DNA of 53,516 nucleotides from a virus. Its lineage: Duplodnaviria > Caudoviricetes. The notes below the pieces were generated by a model, which did no database searches, was not told where the DNA came from, and saw only the letters and a program-made list of their open reading frames with translations. Below are positions 25,684 to 36,558 of the stretch, piece after piece. The stretch is from positions 1-53,516 of IMG/VR virus record IMGVR_UViG_3300027743_000007, one strand, 5' to 3'. Position numbers and translations under genes: made by a program. Position 1 is the first letter of the stretch. Each line of letters starts with the position of its first letter.

Positions 25684-26000
25684 TCGGTCACCTTGGCCGC
25701 CCGGGCGCGGGGTGCGGGCTTAGCAGCCGCGGCCACCCGCTGGTCCTCAGCCGCCTGCTCGTCGTGCACCTCGCTGCGCCCCTGCCCCTTGCCGGCGATG
25801 AAGCCGATCAGCGCGCCGATGATGGTGGTCATGATGTCAACCAGTGAACCCACCAGCGTGGAGCGGTCCACGTCGGGCTGAACGATGGCCAGGACGAGCA
25901 AGCCGATCACGGTCGTGGACAGGATTATCACGACGATGCTCACGAAGGCGAACACCACGAAGTCGGTCATCGTGTTGATGGGCGGCTTCGGCAGCGCCAT
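25680..26000 (-). CDS. Membrane protein (holin-like)
   Basis: Two TM helices downstream of the endolysin. Confidence 0.6.
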   Translation of the reverse strand: MALPKPPINTMTDFVVFAFVSIVVIILSTTVIGLLVLAIVQPDVDRSTLVGSLVDIMTTIIGALIGFIAGKGQGRSEVHDEQAAEDQRVAAAAKPAPRARAAKVTE

Positions 26001-26004
26001 GGGC

Positions 26005-26271
26005 CTACCCCGGTGGGGCGGCGGCTTCGGCGTCGGCTAGGTCCTCCAGCGGCTTGAGCGGCACGACCTCGGCGCGGGTGAACACCTCGTTCACGAAGGC
26101 GGCCAGGGCGGCGATGATGCCGGTGATCGCGCCGGCGACGGCGCCCTCGTACAGCCCGGCCCCGAGCAGCACGGCGTTCAGCGCGGCGATCAGGGTGAAC
26201 ACCGAGTTCATGGCCCGCACCGGCTCCCGTTGCCACAACGAGCGCATCGGGTGCAGGGTCGGCGCGGTCAT
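26005..26271 (-). CDS. Putative holin
   Basis: REPV start, two TM helices and R..V.P end; follows the endolysin. Confidence 0.65.
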   Translation of the reverse strand: MTAPTLHPMRSLWQREPVRAMNSVFTLIAALNAVLLGAGLYEGAVAGAITGIIAALAAFVNEVFTRAEVVPLKPLEDLADAEAAAPPG

Positions 26272-27251
26272 CAGAAGCGCTTGGTCGCGCCGACGTACTT
26301 CTTGAGGTTGTTGTCCCTCATCGTCGTCTTGATCCCCGCCCACCCGGTGACCATCGCCTTGCCAGCATTGGCGTCCGTCGCCTTATCCCACGTCGTGCGC
26401 ACGACGTTGATCGCCCCGGGCGCCATCCGTAAGAGCGACTCGGCGGTGTCGATATCGCCGCCGCTGTCGCTGACCCACAGGGCGGTCTTGCCGTCCCCGA
26501 TGAAGTAGGCGCCGTTCTCGCGCTTGGCCACTCGCCATGCCATGTCGATGTCCTCCTGCTCGGGTGTTGGGGTGGGCGGTGGCATCGGTCGGGCGCCACC
26601 GCCCTCGGCGCTACCGCCGCCGGTGTCGCCGCTCCATCGGCGCTTGCACTCGGCACGAAGGTCGTCAACGTTCCATGAGCCCGAGCTGTTGATGCTGCCG
26701 GGTTGCCACTTGCCCTGGCACGACGTGTTGCGTGACGGGTCGATCTTTCGCCCGGGCGCGTACTTCGTGTGGGTGCACACGTCGGTGGGCTGGTTACCGC
26801 ATCGGCGGTTGATCTCGTTACTGAGGGCGAAGAGGAAGTCGAGCTGCTTCTCCGGGTACGGCGCGCCGACGCCGTTGTTACAGATCTCGATGCCCACGGC
26901 CCGCCGGTTCATATCGCTGGCCGCGACCGTTCCTCGGCTGAACTTCTGCGAGTCGCCTGAGCCGTTGGTGTTGGTGGCGCCGCCGGCGAGCAGCAGGGCC
27001 ACCTTGGAGTCGATCGTGATGTTGGAGATGGGCCGGGCGCTGGCCGAGTAGCACTGATACCGGGCGTCGTTCCAAGCGTTGTCGCTGCCGGCGGTGTGGT
27101 GCCACATCACGCACAGCGGCGGTGAGTCGAACCCTCCACTGGAGCGTGAGCGGTACAGCCAGTCGTTGTCGAAGGGCTGCCACGAGTAGCCGGTCGCCTT
27201 GGCGGCGGTATCGAGCGCTGCGGGCAGCCAGTCGAGGTAGAGGCTGCCCAT
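26271..27251 (-). CDS. Endolysin, N-acetylmuramoyl-L-alanine amidase
   Basis: HHTAG, GIE, H and RKIDP amidase_2 motifs. Confidence 0.88.
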   Translation of the reverse strand: MGSLYLDWLPAALDTAAKATGYSWQPFDNDWLYRSRSSGGFDSPPLCVMWHHTAGSDNAWNDARYQCYSASARPISNITIDSKVALLLAGGATNTNGSGDSQKFSRGTVAASDMNRRAVGIEICNNGVGAPYPEKQLDFLFALSNEINRRCGNQPTDVCTHTKYAPGRKIDPSRNTSCQGKWQPGSINSSGSWNVDDLRAECKRRWSGDTGGGSAEGGGARPMPPPTPTPEQEDIDMAWRVAKRENGAYFIGDGKTALWVSDSGGDIDTAESLLRMAPGAINVVRTTWDKATDANAGKAMVTGWAGIKTTMRDNNLKKYVGATKRF

Positions 27252-27631
27252 CAGGCGGTGGTCCCCTCGAGCTCCAACCACGCGACAACGAGGCCCATCA
27301 GGTCGAGCGCCACGGCCTGGTCGCCGGCGTCGAGCTGGCCCCACTCGGCTAGCTCGGTCAGCTCGCGCTGAGCGTTGTGCAAGGTGAGCGCGCCACGCTC
27401 GGCGGTCGGCTCGTCGTGGAGCCCGGCCAGGGCGCGGGTGGCGAGGTCGATGGCGACAGCGCGCTCGTCGTCGGTCAGTTCGGGCCAGCGGGGCAGCTCG
27501 TGGCCGGCGAGCATCTCGACCGCGCCACGGTCCTCGTGGATGCGCCGGGCAACCTGCAGCGGGTCGGCCGGGCACGGTGCGGCGATGCTGTCAGCGGGCT
27601 CCCAATCACCGAAGCTCGGCTCGTCCGACAC
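27251..27631 (-). CDS. Hypothetical protein
   Basis: 126-aa ORF with GGAGG RBS. Confidence 0.6.
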   Translation of the reverse strand: MSDEPSFGDWEPADSIAAPCPADPLQVARRIHEDRGAVEMLAGHELPRWPELTDDERAVAIDLATRALAGLHDEPTAERGALTLHNAQRELTELAEWGQLDAGDQAVALDLMGLVVAWLELEGTTA

Positions 27632-27768
27632 CGAGGACCTCCTGTTGCGGCGTTGACCGAGCCACGCGCAGCCTAGGCCGGCGGTGCCGCCGGCGCTGTG
27701 GATGGCGTCGCTAGCGTCGGGCCCCGGGTGGTCGCCGCACGACCGAGCTGGCGGCCACCCTTGTTCGC

Positions 27769-28800
27769 TTAGATACGAATGAGGTAGTTGACGACGGCGA
27801 AGGGCGGCATGTTGGCGTTGGTGCCGGCCACGCCGCCGGCGGCGGCGCCGGAGTTGCCGGTGAAGGGCGCCACGTTGGCGGTGTGCTGGTGGTTGCCGGC
27901 GTCACCGGTGCGCACGGTCTCCAGCGACGTGCCGGCGTTCTGCGAGCCGGCGCCCTTGGTGGCCGACTCCACCATCCGCTGATACGCGTGGTCGTGGGTG
28001 CCGGCGAAGCTGGTGCTGATCGGTGGGTGGTCGTGGGTGATCGGGTGCGTGTGGGCGACCACGACGGCGTTCTTCGAGCCGCCGAGGCGGCCAACGGTCG
28101 AGAAGAGGGTGTCGGCGGTGTCAAGGCACACGGCGCTGCGCCCTCGGAAGTTCGGGATGTTGAACGTGGTCGAGCCGTTGCCCACTCCCCAGCTCGTGCC
28201 GATCACCGAGAACAGGTCGGCGTAGTCGGTGCGGCTCACGGCGCGCCCGTCGCACGGCAGCGCCCACGTCGGGACGACCGGCCCGGCGAATTCCTCCAGG
28301 ATGCCGACGCCCCGGGCGAAGGGCCGCACGAGCCCCGACAGCTCGGCGGCGGTGATCGCCGTCGTAGACGGCACGAGGCTCACTTGCATCAGCGGGATCG
28401 CCGTCGGCGGCAGCGTCGGCGCGGCGGGCGTGCCGGCGGTCGCGGTGCCCTGAATGACCTCGACGGTCGTGTTGTCGCCGGCGGCGCCGCCCGCTTGCGA
28501 GTCGTTGACCCGCAGCACCACGAGGTCGATGCGGTTCATGCCGCCGGGCGCGGCAACGGTCACGCTCGCCGGCTCGGGCAACAGAGCGAGGTAGGCGCCC
28601 TGGTCGTCCTCGTCGTCCCCGTGCACGCACGCCATCCCGTCAGCGACCTGCACGGTGTAGTTGGGCGCCGGCGTGTTGGGCGACACGGCGAGCCCTCGCA
28701 CGATGCCCTCGGGCAGCACGGCGGCGATCAGCTGGCGGTCGAGGCGGGCGGGGTACTGCTCGTTCTGTAGGTACAGCGGCGGGTCGGGTGCGATGGTCAC
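27769..28800 (-). CDS. Minor tail protein with tail-collar domain
   Basis: RIDLVV and CDG.AVSRT.YA.LF.VIGT.WG.G.GSTTFN.P motifs. Confidence 0.85.
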   Translation of the reverse strand: MTIAPDPPLYLQNEQYPARLDRQLIAAVLPEGIVRGLAVSPNTPAPNYTVQVADGMACVHGDDEDDQGAYLALLPEPASVTVAAPGGMNRIDLVVLRVNDSQAGGAAGDNTTVEVIQGTATAGTPAAPTLPPTAIPLMQVSLVPSTTAITAAELSGLVRPFARGVGILEEFAGPVVPTWALPCDGRAVSRTDYADLFSVIGTSWGVGNGSTTFNIPNFRGRSAVCLDTADTLFSTVGRLGGSKNAVVVAHTHPITHDHPPISTSFAGTHDHAYQRMVESATKGAGSQNAGTSLETVRTGDAGNHQHTANVAPFTGNSGAAAGGVAGTNANMPPFAVVNYLIRI

Positions 28801-28804
28801 GCCG

Positions 28805-29119
28805 TCACGCTCCCGGCGCCGCCGGCCTCGGGGCCGGCGGGTAGTCGGCAAGTAGGCCCTGAACGGCCGAGAGAATGTCACCGTCGGTGATGACCGAGGA
28901 CTCCCAGCCCGGGCGTCCGATGCCGCCGGCGATAGCCGACTCGTATTTGGCGTCGAAGCCCGGCGAGGCGGCTAGGAACCACGCGTTCTGGTACACCCAC
29001 GCCTGCGGTTGCGTAGGCGAGCCGGGCACAAGGGTGTGGATCTCGGTCGCCGCGGACGACGTACAGCGGTTCAGGAAGTCCGCGTCCACGGCCATCTGCG
29101 ACTGAGTTGCGAAGCTCAT
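28805..29119 (-). CDS. Tail-region hypothetical protein
   Basis: ATGA-coupled; ITD.DILSAVQ. Confidence 0.65.
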   Translation of the reverse strand: MSFATQSQMAVDADFLNRCTSSAATEIHTLVPGSPTQPQAWVYQNAWFLAASPGFDAKYESAIAGGIGRPGWESSVITDGDILSAVQGLLADYPPAPRPAAPGA

Positions 29120-30234
29120 GCTGCTCCCTTCAAGGTGGCAAGTTCGGCCTCGACGGTCTCCAGCCTGGCGGCCAGCTCCTTGACCGCTGCGGTCAGTAGC
29201 GGCACCAGTCGGGTTGCGTCGAGCTGTTGGGGAATGATGGCGCCGGCGGTCAGCCCACGGGCTTCGTCGGTCTCGGTGGCGATGGCGTCCTTGTCGCCGG
29301 TCACCGCGTCGGGTACTACCTCGGCGACCTCGTGGGCGAAGAAGCCATCGACCTCGGTGGCGGCCGGGTCGTCGCGCCACACGACGCGTCGCGGGGTGAG
29401 CACCTTGATGCGCTCGATGCCATCGGTGATCGGTCCCCGGTCGTCCTTGAGCCGGTAGTCCGAGGTGGTGTTGTAGAGCACCGCCGCCGTCTGGGCGTTG
29501 CGGGTGATCGAGCCGATCGTGGTGTTGTTGTTGCGGAAGTGCATGTAGTCGTGACCCGCGCCGAGCACGATCTTGTTGAGGACGATCATCGGCGTGTTGG
29601 GGGCGTCGTTGGTGAACCCCGACAGTCCGCCCGAGACCGCGGTGAGCTGGAGCCCCGTATTGGCGATCGTGTTCACGGTCTTGCCGATGAGGAGCGCCTG
29701 GGACACGACGCGGGCGGTCTCGCTGCCTCCGGCCGTAAGCGAGATGTCGTTGGCCGACTGGAGGGCCAGGTTGCGGGCCTGAGTGGCGTGGGTCTGAATC
29801 ACGAGGTCCATCGGGATGGCCGCGCCGAAGGGGAACATCCGGCCTACTTCGAGGCCGTTGGCCAGGAAGACCAAGGGCGTGCCCGTCGGCGTGGTCCCGC
29901 GCAACATCACCGTGGTGGTAGCGACCGCATCGCCGCCCAGGTCGATGGCTCCGCCCAGCGTGTTCAGCCCGAGCGTGAAACTGACCGCGCCGGTGCGGGC
30001 CTGAATCCGGTTGGAATCCAGGATCATGTGTACCGCGCCGCGGGGTGATCCCGGTTGACCGCCGATGCGCAGCGGGGCGTCGTTGTCGGCGGCCGGCGGC
30101 CAGGCCCCCACCTGGTCGATCCACAGACCCTGCGGGCCGGTCATGTGGTCGCCGGTGATGTTGACCCACTCGTCGCCAACGCCGCCGAGTACCGGCTCCC
30201 AGACCCCGTTGACCTTGGCGTAGAGCACTCCCAT
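29116..30234 (-). CDS. Tail fibre/spike with C-terminal intramolecular chaperone (S74-like)
   Basis: TSDYRLK...GF.AHEV.EV.P.AV...L..AVKEL motif. Confidence 0.85.
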   Translation of the reverse strand: MGVLYAKVNGVWEPVLGGVGDEWVNITGDHMTGPQGLWIDQVGAWPPAADNDAPLRIGGQPGSPRGAVHMILDSNRIQARTGAVSFTLGLNTLGGAIDLGGDAVATTTVMLRGTTPTGTPLVFLANGLEVGRMFPFGAAIPMDLVIQTHATQARNLALQSANDISLTAGGSETARVVSQALLIGKTVNTIANTGLQLTAVSGGLSGFTNDAPNTPMIVLNKIVLGAGHDYMHFRNNNTTIGSITRNAQTAAVLYNTTSDYRLKDDRGPITDGIERIKVLTPRRVVWRDDPAATEVDGFFAHEVAEVVPDAVTGDKDAIATETDEARGLTAGAIIPQQLDATRLVPLLTAAVKELAARLETVEAELATLKGAA

Positions 30235-30244
30235 CAGCTCCCCC

Positions 30245-31114
30245 TCACGCCGCGACCGGGTTGTACCACAGCAGCACCGTCGGGTCGGTCGGCTCGGTCT
30301 CGCCTACGAACACCTCAGCCGGCCCGACCTCACCCTGCGGCCCGGCCGCTCCGGTGTCACCCGTGTCACCCTTCGGGCCCTGAGCGCCGGCCGCGCCGGC
30401 GGGCCCGACCTCGCCCTGCGGGCCCTGAGCGCCGGCGGGCCCGGCAACGCCCTGCGGGCCGGCGTCACCTTCGGGCCCGGCTGGCCCCTCGGGGCCGACC
30501 GCGCCCTGCGCGCCCATCGAGCCCTGCGGCCCGGGCGGGCCCTGGATCGAGCCGCCCGACACCCACGCCGTGCCATCCCAGATGTGTAGCGAGTCGTCGG
30601 CCTGGACGAGGAAGGCGTCACCCTGAGTGTTGCCGCTCGGCGGCAGCGCGCCCACGGTGGCAACCGAGCCCCGCATCGTGATCCCCGTGCCGGTGGCGCC
30701 CTGCGGGCCGGCGGGTCCCTGTGAGCCCGTTGGCCCGGGCGGCCCTTGTGAGCCGGTCGCTCCGGTGTCACCCTTGACGCCGGCCGGTCCCGTCGAGCCC
30801 GTCGCCCCTTGTGGGCCGGTGGGCCCGGCGGGCCCGGTGGCGCCTTGCGGCCCGGCGGGCCCCTCGGGGCCCTGCGGCCCGGGGAGCAGCTCAGCCTCGG
30901 CGTCGGGGTCGTACCACAGCTCTAGCGTCGGGTCGAGCCCGGTCGGGTCGTTCGGCGGCCCGGCGCCGACGTACACCTCGTCCACGGCGTCGCCGCCGCC
31001 GCCGTCGCCGCCGCCGTCGGTGTGGCGGTGGGCCACTTGCTCGAGGCTGTGCAGCCGCTTGTCTTGGCGGGCGAGGAAGGTCGCCTCGTCACGGGTGCGG
31101 CTGGCGGTCCTCAC
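30245..31114 (-). CDS. Collagen-like minor tail protein
   Basis: Two G-X-Y tracts. Confidence 0.8.
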   Translation of the reverse strand: MRTASRTRDEATFLARQDKRLHSLEQVAHRHTDGGGDGGGGDAVDEVYVGAGPPNDPTGLDPTLELWYDPDAEAELLPGPQGPEGPAGPQGATGPAGPTGPQGATGSTGPAGVKGDTGATGSQGPPGPTGSQGPAGPQGATGTGITMRGSVATVGALPPSGNTQGDAFLVQADDSLHIWDGTAWVSGGSIQGPPGPQGSMGAQGAVGPEGPAGPEGDAGPQGVAGPAGAQGPQGEVGPAGAAGAQGPKGDTGDTGAAGPQGEVGPAEVFVGETEPTDPTVLLWYNPVAA

Positions 31115-32223
31115 GCAACGTCCTCCATGATTTCCACCGCGGCGATGCCCTCGGTGGCGGTGACCGAGATGGCGAGCGCGCCGTGGCCGTCGAAGCTGGC
31201 CGCCACCTCGGTGACCTGCGCGGTAACCGAGCCCGCCGGCGCGCCGATCACGTCGGCGGTGTCGGGCGGGATGATGACCTGAACTTGGTCGCCCGGGCGG
31301 TAGGGCGAGTCGGTGCGCCAGCGGTAGGGCTCGATGTCGGCGGTCCAGACTGACGGCGGGCGCAGGCTGCGGTTCAGCAGTCCTCGGGCCTGCTCGGTGA
31401 GGGTGGCCTGAACGATGGTCTCTGGGCTAGAGGTCACGACCTCCCAGCGGCCCCGTGGGTCGGTGGCGACCGTGCTCGATTGCACCCACACGGGCACGGT
31501 CTGCTCGTCGGACCCCGAGGCCATCGTTGCGTTGGCGAAGCTCGGCGTCGGCACCCGGGCCAGGCTGAGCGCGTTCGCGCCGAGCACGAGCGGCGTCGGG
31601 TGGATTCGGAAGGCCCCGAACGGCTGGGCGGTGAACACCCCGTCCTCGTCAACGTCCCACCAGCAGCCGTTCTCGACGGCGCTGATGTTGAGCCCGAGGT
31701 CGAGCACGTTGTCGCCCACCTTGTAGTCGGTGCGGTCGCGCTTGACGCCGGTGGCGGTAGCGCCCTTGGTGAGCCCGAGCGAGCCGCCGGCCTGCGCCTG
31801 GGCGTGGGCGATCAGCGCCCACACGATGTCACCCTGCTCGATCTGGGTGAAGGTCGGCGCCGGCGCGTGGAGGTAGCGCCAGGCGAGTAGCCGCTTGTAG
31901 CTCACGGCGGTCACCGCCACGAAGTCCTCGCCGGCGGGCCCCCAACTCTGGGCGAGGGGCAGCATGCGAAAACGGCCGGCGAGCTGGTCGTCCACGTACA
32001 GCCACACGTCGGTGGTCAGCCCGTCGGACAGCCGGGCCGCCGGCGAGCGACCGGGCATGTTGAAAGTCAGCTGGTGGCCGTCGTTGAGGGTCAGCGAGAT
32101 TGAGCCCTGGTCGAACTCGCCCACCTCTTGCACGGGCCCGGTGCGCCACGGGCCGATCGCGATGGACAGTGGGGCGCGTGGCACCGCCGCCATCGGGGCG
32201 ATGGGTGACACGGCGAGGCTCAT
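31111..32223 (-). CDS. Minor tail (baseplate hub-like) protein
   Basis: Synteny after the Dit-like gene; Y.PGD.V C-terminus. Confidence 0.7.
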   Translation of the reverse strand: MSLAVSPIAPMAAVPRAPLSIAIGPWRTGPVQEVGEFDQGSISLTLNDGHQLTFNMPGRSPAARLSDGLTTDVWLYVDDQLAGRFRMLPLAQSWGPAGEDFVAVTAVSYKRLLAWRYLHAPAPTFTQIEQGDIVWALIAHAQAQAGGSLGLTKGATATGVKRDRTDYKVGDNVLDLGLNISAVENGCWWDVDEDGVFTAQPFGAFRIHPTPLVLGANALSLARVPTPSFANATMASGSDEQTVPVWVQSSTVATDPRGRWEVVTSSPETIVQATLTEQARGLLNRSLRPPSVWTADIEPYRWRTDSPYRPGDQVQVIIPPDTADVIGAPAGSVTAQVTEVAASFDGHGALAISVTATEGIAAVEIMEDVA

Positions 32224-32226
32224 CGG

Positions 32227-33123
32227 TCAGCGCCAGGTGTCGTGCCAGCAGAACGCCGCCGAGGTCTCGGCGGTGATCGCGGTGCCGGAGTAGCGAATGT
32301 TGTTCTCACCAGGCCGCAGCCGCAGCTGGTCCCACGACCACGCTTGGTAGTTGCTCAGCCCGTAGAGGCTCTGGGTCGGGTCGCCGTTGCGCAGGATGGT
32401 GCGCTCGCGGGTGTCGATGACTGCCGACTCCCCGAGCGCCAGCGTGGTGGTGACGGTCACCACGATGCCGTTCACGGTCATCGTCGGGTTCGTGATCGGG
32501 CCGAAGATGGCGGCGGTCCACTCGGCCACCTCGTTGCCGGCGTTGACGATGTTGCGCCCGCCACGAGGCTTGGCCGGCGGGTAGATGCGGTCGTAGCACC
32601 GGCCCGTCGTGGTCGTCGCCTCCACCCGGTCAGGGCTCGGCACCAGCGCGCACTCGTCGTAGGTGCGCCCGGGCACGTCATCGCTCGACGGCTGAATCCA
32701 CTCGCACGTCGCCTCGACCGACGTGATGAGCCCTTCGGGCGCGACCCATTGGCACACGACCGGCGGGAACTTTGGGCGCTCCAGCACGAAGGGCGCATCG
32801 ACGCCGCGCACGACGAGCGCCCGACGCTCGGTCTCGGAGCCCGGCAGGGTCCAGATGAACGTCGGCCGCCGGCGCGGCGACACGTACGGCACGAGCCGGT
32901 CGAGCAAGGTCTGCAACGGCGCCACGCGCTGGTCAAGGGTCATGGCGACGGTGACGGCTCGGGCGCCGACGTACAGCGTGTCATCGACGGTCCCGTCGGC
33001 CAGGGCCCGCTCGTGCACGACCTCCCGCACCGCCGGCGTGCCGAGTTGGAAGCTCGTCACCACGTAGCCGTTCTCGCAAGTCAGCGCCAGGTCCCCGAGG
33101 GAGTCGTCGTGCAAGGTGATCAC
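32227..33123 (-). CDS. Distal tail (Dit-like) protein
   Basis: Follows the tape measure gene; GP..NP and L.PG.N motifs. Confidence 0.75.
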   Translation of the reverse strand: MITLHDDSLGDLALTCENGYVVTSFQLGTPAVREVVHERALADGTVDDTLYVGARAVTVAMTLDQRVAPLQTLLDRLVPYVSPRRRPTFIWTLPGSETERRALVVRGVDAPFVLERPKFPPVVCQWVAPEGLITSVEATCEWIQPSSDDVPGRTYDECALVPSPDRVEATTTTGRCYDRIYPPAKPRGGRNIVNAGNEVAEWTAAIFGPITNPTMTVNGIVVTVTTTLALGESAVIDTRERTILRNGDPTQSLYGLSNYQAWSWDQLRLRPGENNIRYSGTAITAETSAAFCWHDTWR

Positions 33124-36100
33124 GCCGCCACGCCCCGCATGTTGAGCGCGGCGAGCGTGCGCTGCGCCACGAGGTCGGCGTCGGTGGCGTCCTGAATCAC
33201 GGCGCCCGGCATCGACACCAGCGGGCCGCTGTAGCCGCCGGCGCGGGCCTGGTCCCACATCGCGCCGAGGCCAGAGGCCTGCATTAGCTCCATGGCCCGC
33301 TGCGGGCGGGTGATCGGGATGACCGCCTCGGCCCGGTTGCGCTCACCGACGGCGGCCAGGGTGCCGAACGGTGTGCCGGGCACGATGTCGCCCATCGCCA
33401 GCTTGAGGAAGTCGAGGCTGAGGGAGAAGCCGGGGATGTTCGGTCCCGGCCCGGGGATGTCGAACCCCGCGAACCTGAGCGCTGGCAGGGCGCTGACCGC
33501 GGCGTTCCATCCCGACCTGAGCGCGCCGCCCATGGCCGAGGCGAACGATGAGCCGAGCGAACCGAGAGCGTCGGTGATCCGGCCGGGGATGCCGGTGACG
33601 AAGTTCTTGATGTTCGTCCACAGCCCGTCGAGCTTGGTTGACACCGAACTCCAGATGTCCCCGAAGCGGCTGGCGACCTGGCCGGCGAGGCCGCTGAGCG
33701 CGTTGTAGGCCTTCTCGGGCACCCCGGCAATGAAGTCGCGCACGTTACCGATCCACGTCTGCAGCCGGTCGATGGCCGAGGTCGCCATCTCGCTCACTCG
33801 GCTCGTGACCTGCCCGGCGAGGGCCCGCAGCGCGTTGTAGGCCTTCGCCGGTAGGCCGGCGATGAACTCCACCACGTTGCTCGCCCATGTGCGCAGCCGT
33901 TCCAGGGCCCTGCTCGCCATCTCCCCGATGCGACTCGCTACTTGGCCGGCCAGCTGGCGCAGCGCGTTGTAGGCCTTGCCCGGTAGCCCGGCGAGGAACT
34001 CGATCACGTTGCCGACCCACGACCGCAGCCGCTCCATCGCCTTGCTCGCCATGTCAGCGATGCGGGCGCCGACCTGGCCGGCGAGCTTGCCGAGGGCGCG
34101 GAACGCCTTGCCCGGCAGCCCGCCGAGGAACTCCACGGCGTTGCCGACGAACTCCCGCACCCGCTCCATGGCCCCGGTCACCATCGTCTTGATCCGGTCC
34201 CAGACCTCGCGCCCGAGGTCGGCCAGGGCACGCCCGACGCGCCCGGGCAGCTTGGCGAACCACTCGATGACGCCCTTGACGAAGCGCACCACGGCGTCCC
34301 ACGCCTTGGTGAACGCCTCGGGCACCTTGTCGAGGTTCGTCACCAGCCCGGTCAGCGCCTTGAGCACGGTCGATTCCACGATGATGACGACCCGCTGGAA
34401 CGCCGCCGCCACCTTGACGATTGGCGGCAGCACGAGGTTGAGCAGCTTGACCAGCGGCGGCAACACGAGCGTGATGAGGTCAAGTAGCGGCGGCAGCAGC
34501 GGTAGCACCGCCTCGCTCATCATCTTGAAGTTGTCGGTGATCGTGGGCAGGATCGGCTTCAAGGCATTGACCAGCAGCTTGGCGACGTCACCGAGGATCG
34601 GTGCCAGCTGCACCAGCACGTCGGCCACGATGTCGAGCACCGGCGCCAGCGCCTCGGCGGCCGACACCAGCACGTCACCGATCAGCCCGGCCAGCTCGTC
34701 AATGACCGGGCTCAGCGCCTCGAACACCTTGCCGAGCGCAGCGCCCACCTTCTGCAGCGGCGGCCCGAGGACCTTGATGATCTCGCCGGCCGCCTCCATC
34801 AAGGTCTCGAACGCCGGCGCCACGGCGTCGATCGCGCCCACCAGCACGTCGCCCAGCAGGTCGCCCAACAGGGACAGGGCGTCGGACAGCGGCGCGATGA
34901 CCGGCGCCAGGCCCTCGATGAGCGAGCCGATGACCTCCAAGGCGTCCGACAGCACGCCCATCAGCGGCTCGACCGCGGGCAGGATGGCGTCGAGCGCAGT
35001 GCCGAGCGCGCCGCCGAGCTGGTCCCCGACCTTGGTCAGCATCGGTTCCAGCTTCGAGAAGGTCTCCACGAGCGGACCCGAGATGCCCTCAACGGCGCCG
35101 GCCAGCCCGCCGCCGATGGCCTCCTTGACCTCGCCCCACGCGGTAGCGATCTTCTCGGCGCCGGTGGCCGAAGCCTCGGCCGCGCCGCCGCTTGACTTCT
35201 CCAGCTTGTCCAGGATGAGCGCCTGCGCGCCGGCGATGTCGCCGGCCTCCTGCATAGCCGTGATCTTCTTCTGCTCGCCCTCGGTGAACTTGACGCCCAC
35301 CTTGGAGAGCGCGGTCATGCCCTTGATCGGGTTGTTGAGCGCCTTGCCGAGCTGGGTGGCCGTCGCCCCGAGGTCCTTGTCCCACACCGCGCTGAGGTCG
35401 GCCGCCGAGGCCATGGCCCGGTCGAAGGTGTCGCCGGAAACGTCGCGGAAGCTCAGCAGCCGGTTGGACGCGGCGATGATGTCGTCGTCGTCCACGCCGA
35501 TCTTGAGTGACAGCTTGGACGCCATGTCGGCCACGTCATCGGCGGTCTTGCCGGCGGCGCCGCCGGTTGACTCGATGAGCTGCTGGGTCTGGGCGAAGAC
35601 CTCGTTGGCGCCCTGCGCCTCGCCGGCGGCGTCCCTGAGAAACTGCGTCAGCCCAACGCCGGCCAGCGCGCCACCGAGTAGCCCGATGGTCTTGCCGAGG
35701 CCGCCCTTGAGCGCGCCGCCGACCCCTGCGCCCGTCGAGCTGATGGTGTCGAGCTTGGAGTTCGACTGGCGGGCCGCCTCGGTGAAGGCGTCCTCGACCT
35801 GCTCGCCGGCGCGCTCGGCCTGGGCGCCGATCTCGCTGAACACGTCCGCGCCGCCGATCTTCTCCAGCTGGGCGTCGGACTGGCGGGCCGCTTCGGTGAA
35901 CGCCCCTTCAACGTCCTCACCGGCGCGCTCGGCCTGGCCGCCCACCTCACCGAACACATCGGCGCCGCCGATGCGCTCCAGCGCCCGGTCGCTCTGACGG
36001 GCCGCCTCGGTGAAGGCGCCGTCAACGTCATCGCCGGCGCGCCGGGCGTCGCCGGCCAGCCCCGAGAACGGGTCGCCGGCGGCGATACGGTCGAGCGCCT

Positions 36101-36230
36101 CGCCGGCCTCGGTCGCCGCCTCCCTGAATGCCGACTCGACGCGCTCGCCCGCCTTGTCAACCTCGCTGCCCACCTTGTCGGTGCGGGCGATGACATCGAC
36201 GTACGCCTCAGCGATCGTCGTACCGGCCAA
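33120..36230 (-). CDS. Tape measure protein
   Basis: 1036-aa Ala/Gly/Leu-rich repetitive helical protein; LGKAL.NP..G..AL motif. Confidence 0.92.
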   Translation of the reverse strand: MAGTTIAEAYVDVIARTDKVGSEVDKAGERVESAFREAATEAGEALDRIAAGDPFSGLAGDARRAGDDVDGAFTEAARQSDRALERIGGADVFGEVGGQAERAGEDVEGAFTEAARQSDAQLEKIGGADVFSEIGAQAERAGEQVEDAFTEAARQSNSKLDTISSTGAGVGGALKGGLGKTIGLLGGALAGVGLTQFLRDAAGEAQGANEVFAQTQQLIESTGGAAGKTADDVADMASKLSLKIGVDDDDIIAASNRLLSFRDVSGDTFDRAMASAADLSAVWDKDLGATATQLGKALNNPIKGMTALSKVGVKFTEGEQKKITAMQEAGDIAGAQALILDKLEKSSGGAAEASATGAEKIATAWGEVKEAIGGGLAGAVEGISGPLVETFSKLEPMLTKVGDQLGGALGTALDAILPAVEPLMGVLSDALEVIGSLIEGLAPVIAPLSDALSLLGDLLGDVLVGAIDAVAPAFETLMEAAGEIIKVLGPPLQKVGAALGKVFEALSPVIDELAGLIGDVLVSAAEALAPVLDIVADVLVQLAPILGDVAKLLVNALKPILPTITDNFKMMSEAVLPLLPPLLDLITLVLPPLVKLLNLVLPPIVKVAAAFQRVVIIVESTVLKALTGLVTNLDKVPEAFTKAWDAVVRFVKGVIEWFAKLPGRVGRALADLGREVWDRIKTMVTGAMERVREFVGNAVEFLGGLPGKAFRALGKLAGQVGARIADMASKAMERLRSWVGNVIEFLAGLPGKAYNALRQLAGQVASRIGEMASRALERLRTWASNVVEFIAGLPAKAYNALRALAGQVTSRVSEMATSAIDRLQTWIGNVRDFIAGVPEKAYNALSGLAGQVASRFGDIWSSVSTKLDGLWTNIKNFVTGIPGRITDALGSLGSSFASAMGGALRSGWNAAVSALPALRFAGFDIPGPGPNIPGFSLSLDFLKLAMGDIVPGTPFGTLAAVGERNRAEAVIPITRPQRAMELMQASGLGAMWDQARAGGYSGPLVSMPGAVIQDATDADLVAQRTLAALNMRGVAA

Positions 36231-36276
36231 TGGTCCTCCGGCCTGACCGAGCCGGCCGTAAGGCTAGATCGCTAGC

Positions 36277-36558
36277 TCACGGTGTACGGGCTTCACGCTC
36301 GAACTCGGCCCACGCGTCCTCGTCCGAGCCGTACCACATCGGCGCGCCGGTGTCGGGGTCGATGCGGTTGGGCGGCTCCAGCGCCGCCTCGATGCGGTCG
36401 AGAGTCTGCTCGTTCGCCCACTCCCGCACGGCGAACAGGTACAGGTTCAGGACACGTCGGAGGGGGAGGTCAAGGGGATCGACGGCGTGGGCGCCGCACC
36501 AGCCGTCAAAGTGGCTCCAGTTGGCAACGACCCATTCGAGGACGACATTGGCTGCGTA
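36277..36558 (-). CDS. Tail assembly chaperone, -1 frameshift extension
   Basis: Open -1 frame (…NWSHFDGW…DPLDLP.RR.LN…) overlapping the chaperone ORF. Confidence 0.65.
   Translation of the reverse strand, partial: YAANVVLEWVVANWSHFDGWCGAHAVDPLDLPLRRVLNLYLFAVREWANEQTLDRIEAALEPPNRIDPDTGAPMWYGSDEDAWAEFEREARTP

Noticed and set aside
33500-36100. Long imperfect tandem repeats and the 673-aa plus-strand ORF
   Set aside because: Tape-measure helical repeats and their antisense shadow frame
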